DNA of 22,636 nucleotides from Candidatus Krumholzibacteriia bacterium (GCA_036351155.1 JAZBOO010000229.1:1-22636), one strand, 5' to 3'; positions 1 through 8,841 are shown, counted from the first letter of the stretch. Notes: generated by a model not told the origin, from the sequence alone. Numbers and translations are program-made.

Positions 1-186
1 ATTCTGCGGGGTATCAACAACATGGTTTTCACTTACCGGGACGAGGCGGGGGCTATTCTGGGAGCCGTGCCCCTGAACGCCACCGACCGGGTTCTGGTGC
101 GTTATGTGGATGTGTTGATCACGGGAGAAACCGACAGCGGCGAACCGGTGGAGTATGCCTCCCGGGTGGCGCTGCGCAACGGATAA
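1..186 (+). CDS. 3' end of a PilW-like type IV minor pilin (partial, starts before the window)
   Basis: Frame 1 is open from base 1 to TAA at 184-186 and reads ILRGINNMVFTYRDEAG...VRYVDVLITGE...YASRVALRNG*. The C-terminal 'V.LRN' is typical of PilW-family proteins, and the gene sits directly upstream of pilX and pilY1. Confidence 0.75.
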   Translation: MLRGINNMVFTYRDEAGAILGAVPLNATDRVLVRYVDVLITGETDSGEPVEYASRVALRNG

Positions 187-228
187 TACCCGGCCTCTGA
201 AAGTGCCGGAACCAACGGGGAGAGAACG

Positions 229-696
229 ATGATGAGGATGGAAACACGGATGGCGGACCAGGTGCCCGGGCGCGAAGGATTTGCCCTGGTGACCACGCTG
301 TTGATGGTGCTGGTGCTCGGGGTCATCGCTCTGGGTGTGGTCTGGATTGCCAACACCGAGAAGAAGACCTCGTTTGCGGAGCAAGTGCATGTGACCTCGG
401 TGTTCTCGGCCGATGCCGGGAGCGAGGCGGGTATCAACTTCGTCCGGGTCGCCGACACACCGCCTCAGATCCAGGACTTCGGCACCATGATGGTGGGCCA
501 GACCGGCGAGACCGGCCTGGTGGGCAGCCAGTCCTACGAGTTCGATTGCCGGTACATCCAGAAACGACCCAAGCCAGGCTGGGGCGTGGACTACCTCGAT
601 TACGACTACCGCATTGCCAGTGAAGGCGAGGCGGGGCAGGACGGCCGCAGCGCGGTGAACGTGGTGGTCAGCAGATTGTTCAAGGAAGGTTACTAA
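229..696 (+). CDS. pilX: PilX-like type IV minor pilin
   Basis: Class III prepilin-type signal REG|FALVTTLLMVLVLGVIALG with no Glu at +5, as in PilX. It has an 'A.AG.E.G' helix motif (ADAGSEAG), RBS GGGGAG at 217-222, and lies between a pilW-like gene and pilY1. Confidence 0.85.
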   Translation: MMRMETRMADQVPGREGFALVTTLLMVLVLGVIALGVVWIANTEKKTSFAEQVHVTSVFSADAGSEAGINFVRVADTPPQIQDFGTMMVGQTGETGLVGSQSYEFDCRYIQKRPKPGWGVDYLDYDYRIASEGEAGQDGRSAVNVVVSRLFKEGY

Positions 697-759
697 ACCA
701 TAGGCCGGGGGCGGGTCGCGCCGGTCGCAGGCCGGTCAAGACCACCAGGAGACAGGATA

Positions 760-3516
760 ATGATGGCACAGTTTCTACATAACAACACCGGACGAGTGAC
801 CAGCTTGGCTCTCGTTCTTCTCTGTGTGGCGGCCGCGATTCCGGGCCAGACCCGCGCCGAGGAATGCCAGGTTCCCCTGTTCGTGCAGCAGGCTCTGATC
901 GGGGCCAATGTCATGATCCTGGCGGACAACTCCGGTTCCATGAATGCCGGCGTTTACCATCTGGAATATGACTCCAGCGTGACCTACTCGGGCAACTTCA
1001 ATACGGACCAGACTTATTACGTGGGAAGTGATGGGTGGCGTACTCCAAAGAGCTTCAACTACTGGTGGCCCAGCTCTCCCTCGGCCTATCTGGTCGATTC
1101 GGACAACGGGTACGACGGCCGCTACTTCGGCAACTACCTGAACTGGATTTTCTTTCATGCTTCGGACAAGCAGCGTGAAGGGGTGCCCCGGGTGACCCGT
1201 ATTCAGGTTTTGAAAGAAGTCCTGGTGGACATCATCGACCGTTCCGAGCGGCTCGATTTCGGACTGACCATCTTCGATTACAACGATGGCGGCCAGGTCA
1301 TAGCCCCTTGCGGGGTGGACCATGACGACCTGGTCGATATCGTGGGCAACATCAAGGCCACCACCTGGACCCCGCTGGGTGAATCGATGGAGACGGTGGC
1401 CAACTACTTCAAGAGCACCGGCCACGACGCGCCGATCCAGGCCCCTTGCCAGAACAATTTCTGCCTGGTGGTGACCGACGGATTGCCCACCTATGACACC
1501 AGTGTGAGCGCTCTGATCGGTGATCAGGATGGCGACAACCGGGAGCCCGGCAACTGCGACAGCATCGGCGCTCCCTACGGCAACAACAACTACTGCTCCG
1601 ACTATTTCGACGACGTGGCCTACTACATGGCCCACTCGGACATGCGTCCCGACCTGGACGGCGAGCAGAACATCTTCACCTATGTGGTCGGCTTCCATGA
1701 GAATGGCCAGCTTCTCCAGGATGGCGCCACCAATGGCGACGGCCTGTTCTTCCACGCGGAAAATGCGGTGGAAATGGTCATGAGCATCGAGTTCGCCATT
1801 CAGGACATCCTGCGTCGCATCTCGGCCGGTTCCGCCGTGGCCGTGGTGTCCACCGAGCGGGGGACCAACGACCGCCTGTACCGCGGCAAGTTCATGCCCA
1901 TGGACTGGACCGGGTTCCTCGAGTGCTACGCCATGCCCTACGAGGACGGCGACCCCGCCCTGTGGGAGGCCGGCAGCATTCTGCAGAATCGGGCCATCAG
2001 CAGCCGCCAGATTTTCACCGATGTGGACGGCAACACCATGTCCTTCATTCCGGAGAACGCCGGACAGCTTTACCTGGAAATGGGAGAGGCCACCGAGGAG
2101 AAGGCGGCCGAGTTGATTCGCTGGGGCCGCGGGGAAGATGTGGACGGTTACCGGGTCCGCCCCGACTGGGTGCTGGGCGATATCGTTCACTCCACTCCGG
2201 TGGTGGTCGGATCTCCCTCGAACTTCTCCATCGAGGAAAGTTATCAGGACTTTTTCATGGCCAACGAGTACCGGCGCAAGATGGTTTACGTGGGCGCCAA
2301 CGACGGCATGCTTCATGCCTTCGACGCCGAGACCGGCGAGGAAGCCTGGGCGTTCGTGCCCCAGTTTGCCCTGCCCAGGTTCGAGGCCATGGCCGACTCG
2401 GGCTATTGCCACATCTACACCTGTGATCAGACCGTGACGGTGAAAGACATCATCGTCGAAGGTGTCTGGCGCACCGTGCTGGTGACCGGCGGCCGAGAGG
2501 GCGGCGGCAGTATCTTCGCCCTGGACGTCACCGATCCCGATGATCCCGAGGTCATGTGGCAGGAAGTCCTGCCCAACGGCATGACCTACGAGTCCGAGGT
2601 GGAGATCGTGTCCATCGGCGGGCAGGCCCTGGCCCTGGTGGGCAGCGGTCTCGACGAGACCAACGGGCGCAGTTACCTCTACTCCTATGATCTGGCCAGC
2701 GGCGACCTCGAGGGTGAGGCCGAGCTGGAGGAAACGGCTTTCCGCAACAAGGCCTCACGGCCCGCGGTGGTGGACTACAATCTGGATGGGAATACCGATT
2801 ACGTCTACCTGGCCGATCTTTCGAGCCGGCTGTGGCGTTTTTCCACCGAAGGTCGGGTCGATCCCTCCACCTGGGACCGTACCTGCCTCTTCGTGTCCAA
2901 CCGGGAAATCACGGCTCCGCCGGTGGCCAGCTTTGGGGAGAACGGCGAAGTGTACATGTACTTCGGGACCGGTGCCTACCTGACCGAAGACGACATGATG
3001 ACCACCAACGACAACCGGTTCTATTGCGTGTATGACCTGCACGACAATCACACGCTCTACCCCAACGACATGGTCGATCAGACCGATGACATCACCTCGG
3101 TGGAAGGCAGTCGAGGCTGGTATGTCGATCTGTGGCACGGCCCTGGTGAGCGGGTGACGCAGGAGGCGGCCGTGGTGGCCGGCACCGTGATCTTCACCTC
3201 GTTTGCGCCGACCCTGGACGCCTGCGTGGCCGGCGGAACCTCGTACCTCTACCAGATGGCCTATGACAGCGGCGGCCTGCCCGATGTCGAGGGCATGGAG
3301 GATCCCGAGGATCGCTCCATTTCCCTGGGCGACGGTATCGCCTCGCATCCGGTGGTTGACCTGGCGGCCGGCACCGTGGTGGTGCAGTCCAGTGACGCCA
3401 GCATTTCCATCACGCCCATTGCCGGTGTGATCACACGGATGACCGTCCGATCCTGGCAGGAGAACTTCGACAACCTGTACCAGACCGAGGGCGGCGAGGA
3501 CGTTGATATCAATTAG
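760..3516 (+). CDS. pilY1: PilY1/PilC-family type IV pilus tip adhesin, copy 1 (Sec signal, vWA domain, C-terminal beta-propeller)
   Basis: Signal peptide ending TRA|EEC. vWA MIDAS motifs DNSGSM, TPLGE and VVTDG. PilC propeller motifs LGDIVHSTPVVVG and VYVGANDGMLHAF, Ca-binding loop DYNLDGNTD, YFGTG, GWYVDL...GERV, and terminal RSWQE. Confidence 0.93.
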   Translation: MMAQFLHNNTGRVTSLALVLLCVAAAIPGQTRAEECQVPLFVQQALIGANVMILADNSGSMNAGVYHLEYDSSVTYSGNFNTDQTYYVGSDGWRTPKSFNYWWPSSPSAYLVDSDNGYDGRYFGNYLNWIFFHASDKQREGVPRVTRIQVLKEVLVDIIDRSERLDFGLTIFDYNDGGQVIAPCGVDHDDLVDIVGNIKATTWTPLGESMETVANYFKSTGHDAPIQAPCQNNFCLVVTDGLPTYDTSVSALIGDQDGDNREPGNCDSIGAPYGNNNYCSDYFDDVAYYMAHSDMRPDLDGEQNIFTYVVGFHENGQLLQDGATNGDGLFFHAENAVEMVMSIEFAIQDILRRISAGSAVAVVSTERGTNDRLYRGKFMPMDWTGFLECYAMPYEDGDPALWEAGSILQNRAISSRQIFTDVDGNTMSFIPENAGQLYLEMGEATEEKAAELIRWGRGEDVDGYRVRPDWVLGDIVHSTPVVVGSPSNFSIEESYQDFFMANEYRRKMVYVGANDGMLHAFDAETGEEAWAFVPQFALPRFEAMADSGYCHIYTCDQTVTVKDIIVEGVWRTVLVTGGREGGGSIFALDVTDPDDPEVMWQEVLPNGMTYESEVEIVSIGGQALALVGSGLDETNGRSYLYSYDLASGDLEGEAELEETAFRNKASRPAVVDYNLDGNTDYVYLADLSSRLWRFSTEGRVDPSTWDRTCLFVSNREITAPPVASFGENGEVYMYFGTGAYLTEDDMMTTNDNRFYCVYDLHDNHTLYPNDMVDQTDDITSVEGSRGWYVDLWHGPGERVTQEAAVVAGTVIFTSFAPTLDACVAGGTSYLYQMAYDSGGLPDVEGMEDPEDRSISLGDGIASHPVVDLAAGTVVVQSSDASISITPIAGVITRMTVRSWQENFDNLYQTEGGEDVDIN

Positions 3517-3521
3517 TTGCC

Positions 3522-3545
3522 GACAGTCCACTTCGGGGGATTGTC
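3522..3545 (+). promoter_or_regulatory. Intergenic hairpin with a cUUCGg tetraloop, immediately 5' of the RBS of the partner gene
   Basis: GACAGTCCAC-TTCG-GGGGATTGTC forms a stem with one mismatch and one G:U pair. There is no U-tract. RBS GGGAGG follows at 3547-3552. Confidence 0.5.
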
Positions 3546-3559
3546 CGGGAGGATAGAAA

Positions 3560-4012
3560 ATGAAGCGCGTATTTCCAGCAGCTGTGGCCCTGATCCTGAT
3601 TGTGGGATTGCTGGCCGCATCCGATGCCCAGGCCGGTTTGTTCGACCGGTGGGGCAAGGACAAGAAGGACAAGGAAGAACAGGCCAAGGTGGCGCCTCGC
3701 TACGACCATTATCCGAGCATGGTTTTCCACTCGGGACTGCTGGGTCGAGATGTGGGGACGGGCTGGACGGTCGATAGCTACCGGTTGATCCTGGCCAAGG
3801 ATTGCGTGATCACCAGCGAGGTCCCCATGGGTGATGGCCTGGATGAAGGCCGCGAAGCCCTGATCATGGGTTCACGCCTGGGGGACACCATCGTGGCCTG
3901 GAGGGTGAAAGTGAAGGCGGAGGATGGTGGATTCAATTCGAAGGACCCGAACATCAAGTTCGTGCCCAGCGAGGTGGACCCCACCGTTGGAGAGGGATCA
4001 GGTCCGGAATAG
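3560..4012 (+). CDS. Small secreted protein, PilY1 partner copy 1 (possible OB-fold/DUF5666-like, positional analogue of PilY2)
   Basis: Sec signal peptide (MKRVFPAAVALILIVGLLAASDAQA|), RBS GGGAGG, and a clear paralogue at 6860-7306. Confidence 0.85.
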   Translation: MKRVFPAAVALILIVGLLAASDAQAGLFDRWGKDKKDKEEQAKVAPRYDHYPSMVFHSGLLGRDVGTGWTVDSYRLILAKDCVITSEVPMGDGLDEGREALIMGSRLGDTIVAWRVKVKAEDGGFNSKDPNIKFVPSEVDPTVGEGSGPE

Positions 4013-4043
4013 ACCGTTCCCGTTGCTCAAACAGACAGGGTTG

Positions 4044-4071
4044 ATGGCCGGGTGAATATACGCCCGGCCAT
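4044..4071 (+). promoter_or_regulatory. Stable intergenic hairpin at the junction between the two duplicated modules
   Basis: ATGGCCGGGTG-aatata-CGCCCGGCCAT is an 11-bp stem with one G:U pair and no U-tract. It ends just upstream of RBS GGGGGAG (4078-4084) of pilY1 copy 2. Confidence 0.55.
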
Positions 4072-4092
4072 GAGCTCGGGGGAGAATGTATA

Positions 4093-6849
4093 ATGTTCCG
4101 TATCGAATCGGCGATCGCCCAAACTCGCCGCCGGACCATGGTGGCTGTCCTCCTGGTGGGAGTATTGCTGGTGGGGGCACTGGCTCCCGGCCAGGTGATG
4201 GCCCAGGATTGCGAGGTTCCGCTCTTCGTGCAGCAGTCCCTGATCGGGGCCAACGTGATGATCGTGGCGGACAACTCGGGCTCCATGAACACGATCGTGT
4301 TCCACGACGCCTATGACGAGGACGTCACCTACACCGGGGACTTCAACAGCTGGTCCACCTACAACATCAGCACCGACGGGTTCCGGACTCCGAGCAGCTT
4401 CAACGCGGCCTGGCCCATTTTTCCGCCGGTGTTCCTGGTCAACTCGGATGGAGGCCAGAACGGCCAGTACCCGGGCAACTACCTCAACTGGATCTACTAC
4501 CACGCCGGCGTGACGGAACTGCTGAAGATCCCCCAGGTCACCCGCATCCAGGTTTTGAAGGAAGTCCTTTCGGACATCGTGGATCGCTCCGAGAAACTCG
4601 ACTTCGGGATCACGATCTTCAACGGCAGCAGCGGAGGCACCGTTCTCGCCCCCTGTGGAACGCCTCGCGACGAAATCGTGACGCGCATCCAGGCCATCAC
4701 CGCCAATGCCTGGACTCCTCTGGGCGAAACCCTGGAAGACGTCCTGGACTACTTTTCAGAAACGGGAATCGACGCGGCCATCAGCGAGCCTTGCCAGTAC
4801 AACTTCTGCCTGGTGATGACCGATGGTCTGCCCACCCAGGACGTGGATGTGAGTCCCTACCTGTTCGATGCCGATCAGGACGGGGAAGACCCGGGCAGCT
4901 GCACAACTATCGGTGCTCCTTACAGCAACGCCAGCAACTGCAGCGACCACCTGGACGATGTGGCCTACTACATGGCCCACGAGGACCTGCGCGGGGACAT
5001 GGACGGGGACCAGCAGGTGTACAGCTACACCATCGGATTCAATCTGGACAACAAGCTGCTGGTGGACACGGCCAAGAATGGTGACGGACTGTACTTCAAG
5101 GCCAACAACGCCGTGGAACTGTTCCTCAGCTTCGAGTACGCGGTGCAGGACATTCTACGGCGTATCTCGGCCGGTTCGGCCGTGGCCGTGGTGTCCACCG
5201 AGCGTGGAACCGATAACCGTCTCTACCGGGGTAAGTTCATGCCTCTGGACTGGCACGGTTATCTGGAATGCTACACCCTGCCCTACCACGATGGGGACGT
5301 GGCCATGTGGGAAGCCGGAAACCTGTTGCAGGCAAGATCTCCGCTCAGCCGTGAAGTTTTCACGGCCCTGGGCAAGGACTACTACTATTTCTCCGCGGCA
5401 CAGGCCCCTCTGCTGAAGGCCGCCATGGGCGTGTTCACCGATGAAAAGGCCGAGGATCTGATCAACTGGGCCCGCGGCGAGGACGTCTCGGGTCTGCGTG
5501 ACCGCAATGGCTGGATCCTGGGCGACATCATCCATTCCACTCCGGTGGTGGTGGGTGAGCCGGCCAACTTCCAGGCCACCGAGGAGTACCGTGACTTCCA
5601 CGTGGCCAACGAGTTCCGTCGCAAGATGGTTTACGTGGGGGCCAACGACGGGATGCTGCACGCCTTCGACGCCGAGACTGGCGAAGAGGTGTGGGCCTTC
5701 GTGCCCGAGTTTGCCCTGCCCAAGTTCGAAGCGCTGGCCGACTCGGGTTACTGCCACACCTACACCTGCGACCAGACCGTGACGGTGCGGGACATCCCGG
5801 TAAACGGGGCCTGGCGGACCATTCTGATGTCTGGCGGTCGTGAGGGTGGCGGGAGCATTTTTGCCATGGACGTGACCAACCCCAACAGCCCTTCCGTTCT
5901 GTGGCAACAAAAACTGGACAACGGCAAACCTTTTGAATCGGTGGTGGAAATCGTTTCCATCGGGGGCAAGGCCACGGCCCTGGTCGGCAGCGGTCTGGAC
6001 ACCGAAGATGACAATGCATACATCTACTCCTTCGACATCGCGACCGGCGACTTCATGGGAGAGCTGCAGCTCAACAAAGGCAGCTTTGGTCGCAACAAGG
6101 CCACCAAGCCCTTGCCATTGGATCTCACCATGGATGGCGACGTGGATCTGGTCTACATTGCCGATCTCGAGAGCACGCTGTGGCGTTTCGAGGTGAATGG
6201 GGATCAGGATCCCGGCCACTGGAACAAGGACGATATATTCGAAGACCTGGACCGCGAGATCACGGCCGACCCCGTGGCTGCCTACGGCAAGAACGGGGAG
6301 GTTTACATTTACTTCGGGACGGGGGCTTACCTGTCCGAGGATGACAAGCTGGATGTGGCCCCCCAGAGCTTCGTGTGCGTGGTGGATGTGCATGACGGCC
6401 AGCTGGCCACCCGCAGCGATCTGGTGGATCAAACCTCCAGCATCACCCCGGTGACGGGCTCCCGTGGGTGGTACGTCGACCTTTGGCACACCGCGGGAGA
6501 GCGTGTGACCCAGAAGGCGATGGTGGTGGCCGAAACGGTCATCTTCACCTCCTTTGCGCCCACCATGGACGCGTGCCTGGCCGGCGGCCAGTCCTGGCTG
6601 TACCAGATGGCCTACGATTCCGGTGGCCTGACCAATTCCGATGAAATGACGGACGTGGAAGACCGGTCCATCTCTCTGGGCAACGGTATTGCCTCCTATC
6701 CGGTGATCGATCTGGCCACGGGCAACGTGGTGGTCCAGTCCAGTGACGCCAGCATCTCGGTGACGCCCATTTCGGCCATTTACCAGAGGATGACCGTGCG
6801 GGCCTGGCAAGAAAACTATGACGGCGTGGACACTTCGTTCCTGCCCTGA
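4093..6849 (+). CDS. pilY1: PilY1/PilC-family type IV pilus tip adhesin, copy 2
   Basis: Collinear paralogue of 760-3516. Signal ending VMA|QDC; motifs DNSGSM, TPLGE, VMTDG, LGDIIHSTPVVVG, VYVGANDGMLHAF, DLTMDGDVD, YFGTG and RAWQE. Confidence 0.93.
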   Translation: MFRIESAIAQTRRRTMVAVLLVGVLLVGALAPGQVMAQDCEVPLFVQQSLIGANVMIVADNSGSMNTIVFHDAYDEDVTYTGDFNSWSTYNISTDGFRTPSSFNAAWPIFPPVFLVNSDGGQNGQYPGNYLNWIYYHAGVTELLKIPQVTRIQVLKEVLSDIVDRSEKLDFGITIFNGSSGGTVLAPCGTPRDEIVTRIQAITANAWTPLGETLEDVLDYFSETGIDAAISEPCQYNFCLVMTDGLPTQDVDVSPYLFDADQDGEDPGSCTTIGAPYSNASNCSDHLDDVAYYMAHEDLRGDMDGDQQVYSYTIGFNLDNKLLVDTAKNGDGLYFKANNAVELFLSFEYAVQDILRRISAGSAVAVVSTERGTDNRLYRGKFMPLDWHGYLECYTLPYHDGDVAMWEAGNLLQARSPLSREVFTALGKDYYYFSAAQAPLLKAAMGVFTDEKAEDLINWARGEDVSGLRDRNGWILGDIIHSTPVVVGEPANFQATEEYRDFHVANEFRRKMVYVGANDGMLHAFDAETGEEVWAFVPEFALPKFEALADSGYCHTYTCDQTVTVRDIPVNGAWRTILMSGGREGGGSIFAMDVTNPNSPSVLWQQKLDNGKPFESVVEIVSIGGKATALVGSGLDTEDDNAYIYSFDIATGDFMGELQLNKGSFGRNKATKPLPLDLTMDGDVDLVYIADLESTLWRFEVNGDQDPGHWNKDDIFEDLDREITADPVAAYGKNGEVYIYFGTGAYLSEDDKLDVAPQSFVCVVDVHDGQLATRSDLVDQTSSITPVTGSRGWYVDLWHTAGERVTQKAMVVAETVIFTSFAPTMDACLAGGQSWLYQMAYDSGGLTNSDEMTDVEDRSISLGNGIASYPVIDLATGNVVVQSSDASISVTPISAIYQRMTVRAWQENYDGVDTSFLP

Positions 6850-6859
6850 GGAGTATGAC

Positions 6860-7306
6860 ATGACCAAGAAAGTTCTGTGGGTCGCACTGATCATGGCCGT
6901 CGGTTTCCTGGCGGTCGACGATGCCCACGCCGGCTGGTTCGACAAGAAAAAGGATGGGGGCGAGGAGGGGCGGGCCAAGAGCCACCGCTACGACTTCCTG
7001 CCCTCGATGGGGTTCCATCAGGGCACTCTGCGACGCGACAATTTCGGAGGCTGGACCCTGGAAGAAACCTCGCTGCACATCATGTCGGGGGCCAAGATCA
7101 CCGAAGAGGGGATGGAGAGCTTTTTGTCCGAGGGGCGGAAGGCCATCGTCATGGGGCCGCGGGTGGGGGACACCATCGTGGCCTGGCGGGTCCGCATCCT
7201 GGAGTCCGACTGGAATATCAGTCGCGACACCTCGCGCGACCATGCCATCACCTGGAGTGAAGAGGACCGCACGGTGGGCGAAAGCATGGATCCGGGTCCC
7301 CAGTAG
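6860..7306 (+). CDS. Small secreted protein, PilY1 partner copy 2
   Basis: Start reassigned from 6818 to ATG 6860, because RBS GAGGAG (6848-6853) overlaps the pilY1 stop and this start gives a clean signal peptide (MTKKVLWVALIMAVGFLAVDDAHA|). It shares RYD..PSM.FH.G.L.RD...GWT and EGR.A..MG.R.GDTIVAWRV with copy 1. Confidence 0.85.
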   Translation: MTKKVLWVALIMAVGFLAVDDAHAGWFDKKKDGGEEGRAKSHRYDFLPSMGFHQGTLRRDNFGGWTLEETSLHIMSGAKITEEGMESFLSEGRKAIVMGPRVGDTIVAWRVRILESDWNISRDTSRDHAITWSEEDRTVGESMDPGPQ

Positions 7307-7329
7307 GGGAAACGGCAGACCGATCAACG

Positions 7330-7359
7330 GCCGGGCCCCCTCACGGGGCCCGGTTTTTT
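7330..7359 (+). terminator. Rho-independent terminator of the pilus operon
   Basis: CCGGGCCCC-ctcac-GGGGCCCGG stem followed by TTTTTT. Confidence 0.88.
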
Positions 7360-7459
7360 ATACACCCTCTTGTCCCGTGGGCCGGGGTTCCTTATCGTCA
7401 ATGGACACAGGAATTCAGTGCGCGACATAAGGGGGACTGATGTTGCGCGGCCCGCCTTC

Positions 7460-8737
7460 TCACCGGAGCAGCGGCTCGGGGAGTTGAAGGCGGATGAACT
7501 CGGTGTCGTCGGGGGCGTCGGTGCGGCGCCCGGTGCTGAAGGGGTAGTTGTTGTCGTTGCAGAGCAGAAGGGTGGTCGGGTTCAGCATCACCAGGCTTTC
7601 GGTGGTCACGAAGGGAAAGCTGAACCGGGGACCCAGGCCGAAGGCGCCTTCCTTGGCCGCGGAATATCCGAAGCTATCCCGGATGTCGAGCAGATCACAA
7701 ACCCGCCCCTTTTCCACGAAATACTTCTCATCGGGATGGTCCAGGTCGAAGCGAAATACCCGCTTGAAGCGTGCTTCAGGTCCCTGGGCGTCATCCCGTT
7801 CGACCACCAGGAAATGCTGGCCGCCGATATGCTCCAGAGCAGCCAGGCAGTGGCCTGGCTCGTCGGTGTGCAGGAACCAGAACCGCGCGGTGAAACGCCG
7901 GGTGGTGGGGTCGAACTCCAGGATCGTGCGGCGCGCAGGGTCCGGATCGTCGATCATGGCCTTCTCGACCGCCAGGTAGAGGTAGGCTTCGCCAGGCCCC
8001 AGGGCCAGGCCCTCGATGCCTCCGCTGGGGGGCAGGTTGGCCAGTTCTTCGGCCGATCGGTTCTCGGCCCCGTTCCTTATCTCGGGGTGATCCACGCTGC
8101 GTAAAAAGTAACTCCCCTTGTTGTAGGGGCGCAGGGGCCCGGGAACCAGCACCGGAACCGGGGCCTCCAGCAGCCGACCCTGGGCATCGAAGTGCAGCAG
8201 GAAGGGACCAAACTCCTCACCCACCCAGAAGGTGCCGTCTTCCAGGCGGACAAACGATTCAGGATCGAAGTCGCCGCCGGTCAAGGTGCGGCTGGTGTCT
8301 GCCTGGGCCAGGGGAAAGCCGGCGTGCTGGTCGGGGTCGCTCAGGGTGACCACCCGGTCGATGGTCACGGGGCCGCCCTCGGGTTTGCCCGAGGTCAAGT
8401 CCAGGGTGATCTCGTACCAGCGCAGAGGATAGTCGGGGCTGTTGGCGCGCGCCCCGAAACCGTTGTCCTGCAGGGCGATGAAGCGGTCATCACCCAGAGG
8501 AATGAGCGAGCTGAAACCCTGGACCGGTGTCTGGGCGAAGGGGAGGGCGCGGCCATTCACCGGCCCTTCGACCTGATGGCCCACCGGAGGGCCGGGACTG
8601 AAGGTGTCGGCTGGTAGAATGGCTCGGCCCGTCAGCAGGGCCGACTTGGGGGTCTGAGGTGACGACTGGCAGCCCGCCAGGGCCACCAGAACGATCATGC
8701 CGACCACGACAGCAAATGGGCGAAACAGCAGGCGCAT
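7460..8737 (-). CDS. Esterase-like-activity-of-phytase family lipoprotein (phytase-like beta-propeller)
   Basis: Start reassigned to ATG 8737 (MRLLFRP...), giving lipobox LAG|C. Family motifs: QGFSS, DNGFGARANS.DY.LR.Y, LTGGDFDPES, FWVGEEFGP.LLHFD..G.LL, SGGIEGLA, NDNNYPFS.GR and PDDTEFI. Confidence 0.85.
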   Translation of the reverse strand: MRLLFRPFAVVVGMIVLVALAGCQSSPQTPKSALLTGRAILPADTFSPGPPVGHQVEGPVNGRALPFAQTPVQGFSSLIPLGDDRFIALQDNGFGARANSPDYPLRWYEITLDLTSGKPEGGPVTIDRVVTLSDPDQHAGFPLAQADTSRTLTGGDFDPESFVRLEDGTFWVGEEFGPFLLHFDAQGRLLEAPVPVLVPGPLRPYNKGSYFLRSVDHPEIRNGAENRSAEELANLPPSGGIEGLALGPGEAYLYLAVEKAMIDDPDPARRTILEFDPTTRRFTARFWFLHTDEPGHCLAALEHIGGQHFLVVERDDAQGPEARFKRVFRFDLDHPDEKYFVEKGRVCDLLDIRDSFGYSAAKEGAFGLGPRFSFPFVTTESLVMLNPTTLLLCNDNNYPFSTGRRTDAPDDTEFIRLQLPEPLLR

Positions 8738-8803
8738 GGCACTTCTCTGGGTTGGGGTTTTCGACAGCAGAAAAATAGCATAGGCTGTCTGCAGGTGAAC
8801 CAT

Positions 8804-8823
8804 TTTTCCAACCGGTTGGAAAA
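8804..8823. promoter_or_regulatory. Perfect 20-bp palindrome, candidate transcription-factor operator
   Basis: TTTTCCAACCGGTTGGAAAA is self-complementary. It lies in the 104-bp divergent intergenic region, just upstream of the GDPD RBS (GAGGAG). Confidence 0.6.
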
Positions 8824-8841
8824 CCTGAGGAGATCGAGCAC

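Noticed and set aside
4990..4998. RGD tripeptide in PilY1 copy 2 (RPD in copy 1)
   Set aside because: It sits in an acidic D.R.D.DG loop of the vWA region, is not conserved between the paralogues and is easily explained by chance. There is no evidence of host integrin binding.
760..6849. Possibility that the two pilY1 copies are a DGR template/variable pair or a phase-variation cassette
   Set aside because: Differences are spread across all bases and synonymous sites rather than being adenine-specific. I saw no long identical tracts, and there is no reverse transcriptase or recombinase in the window.
760..6849. Both PilY1 ORFs are exactly 918 aa
   Set aside because: This is a coincidence: signal peptide and C-terminal tail lengths differ and compensate.
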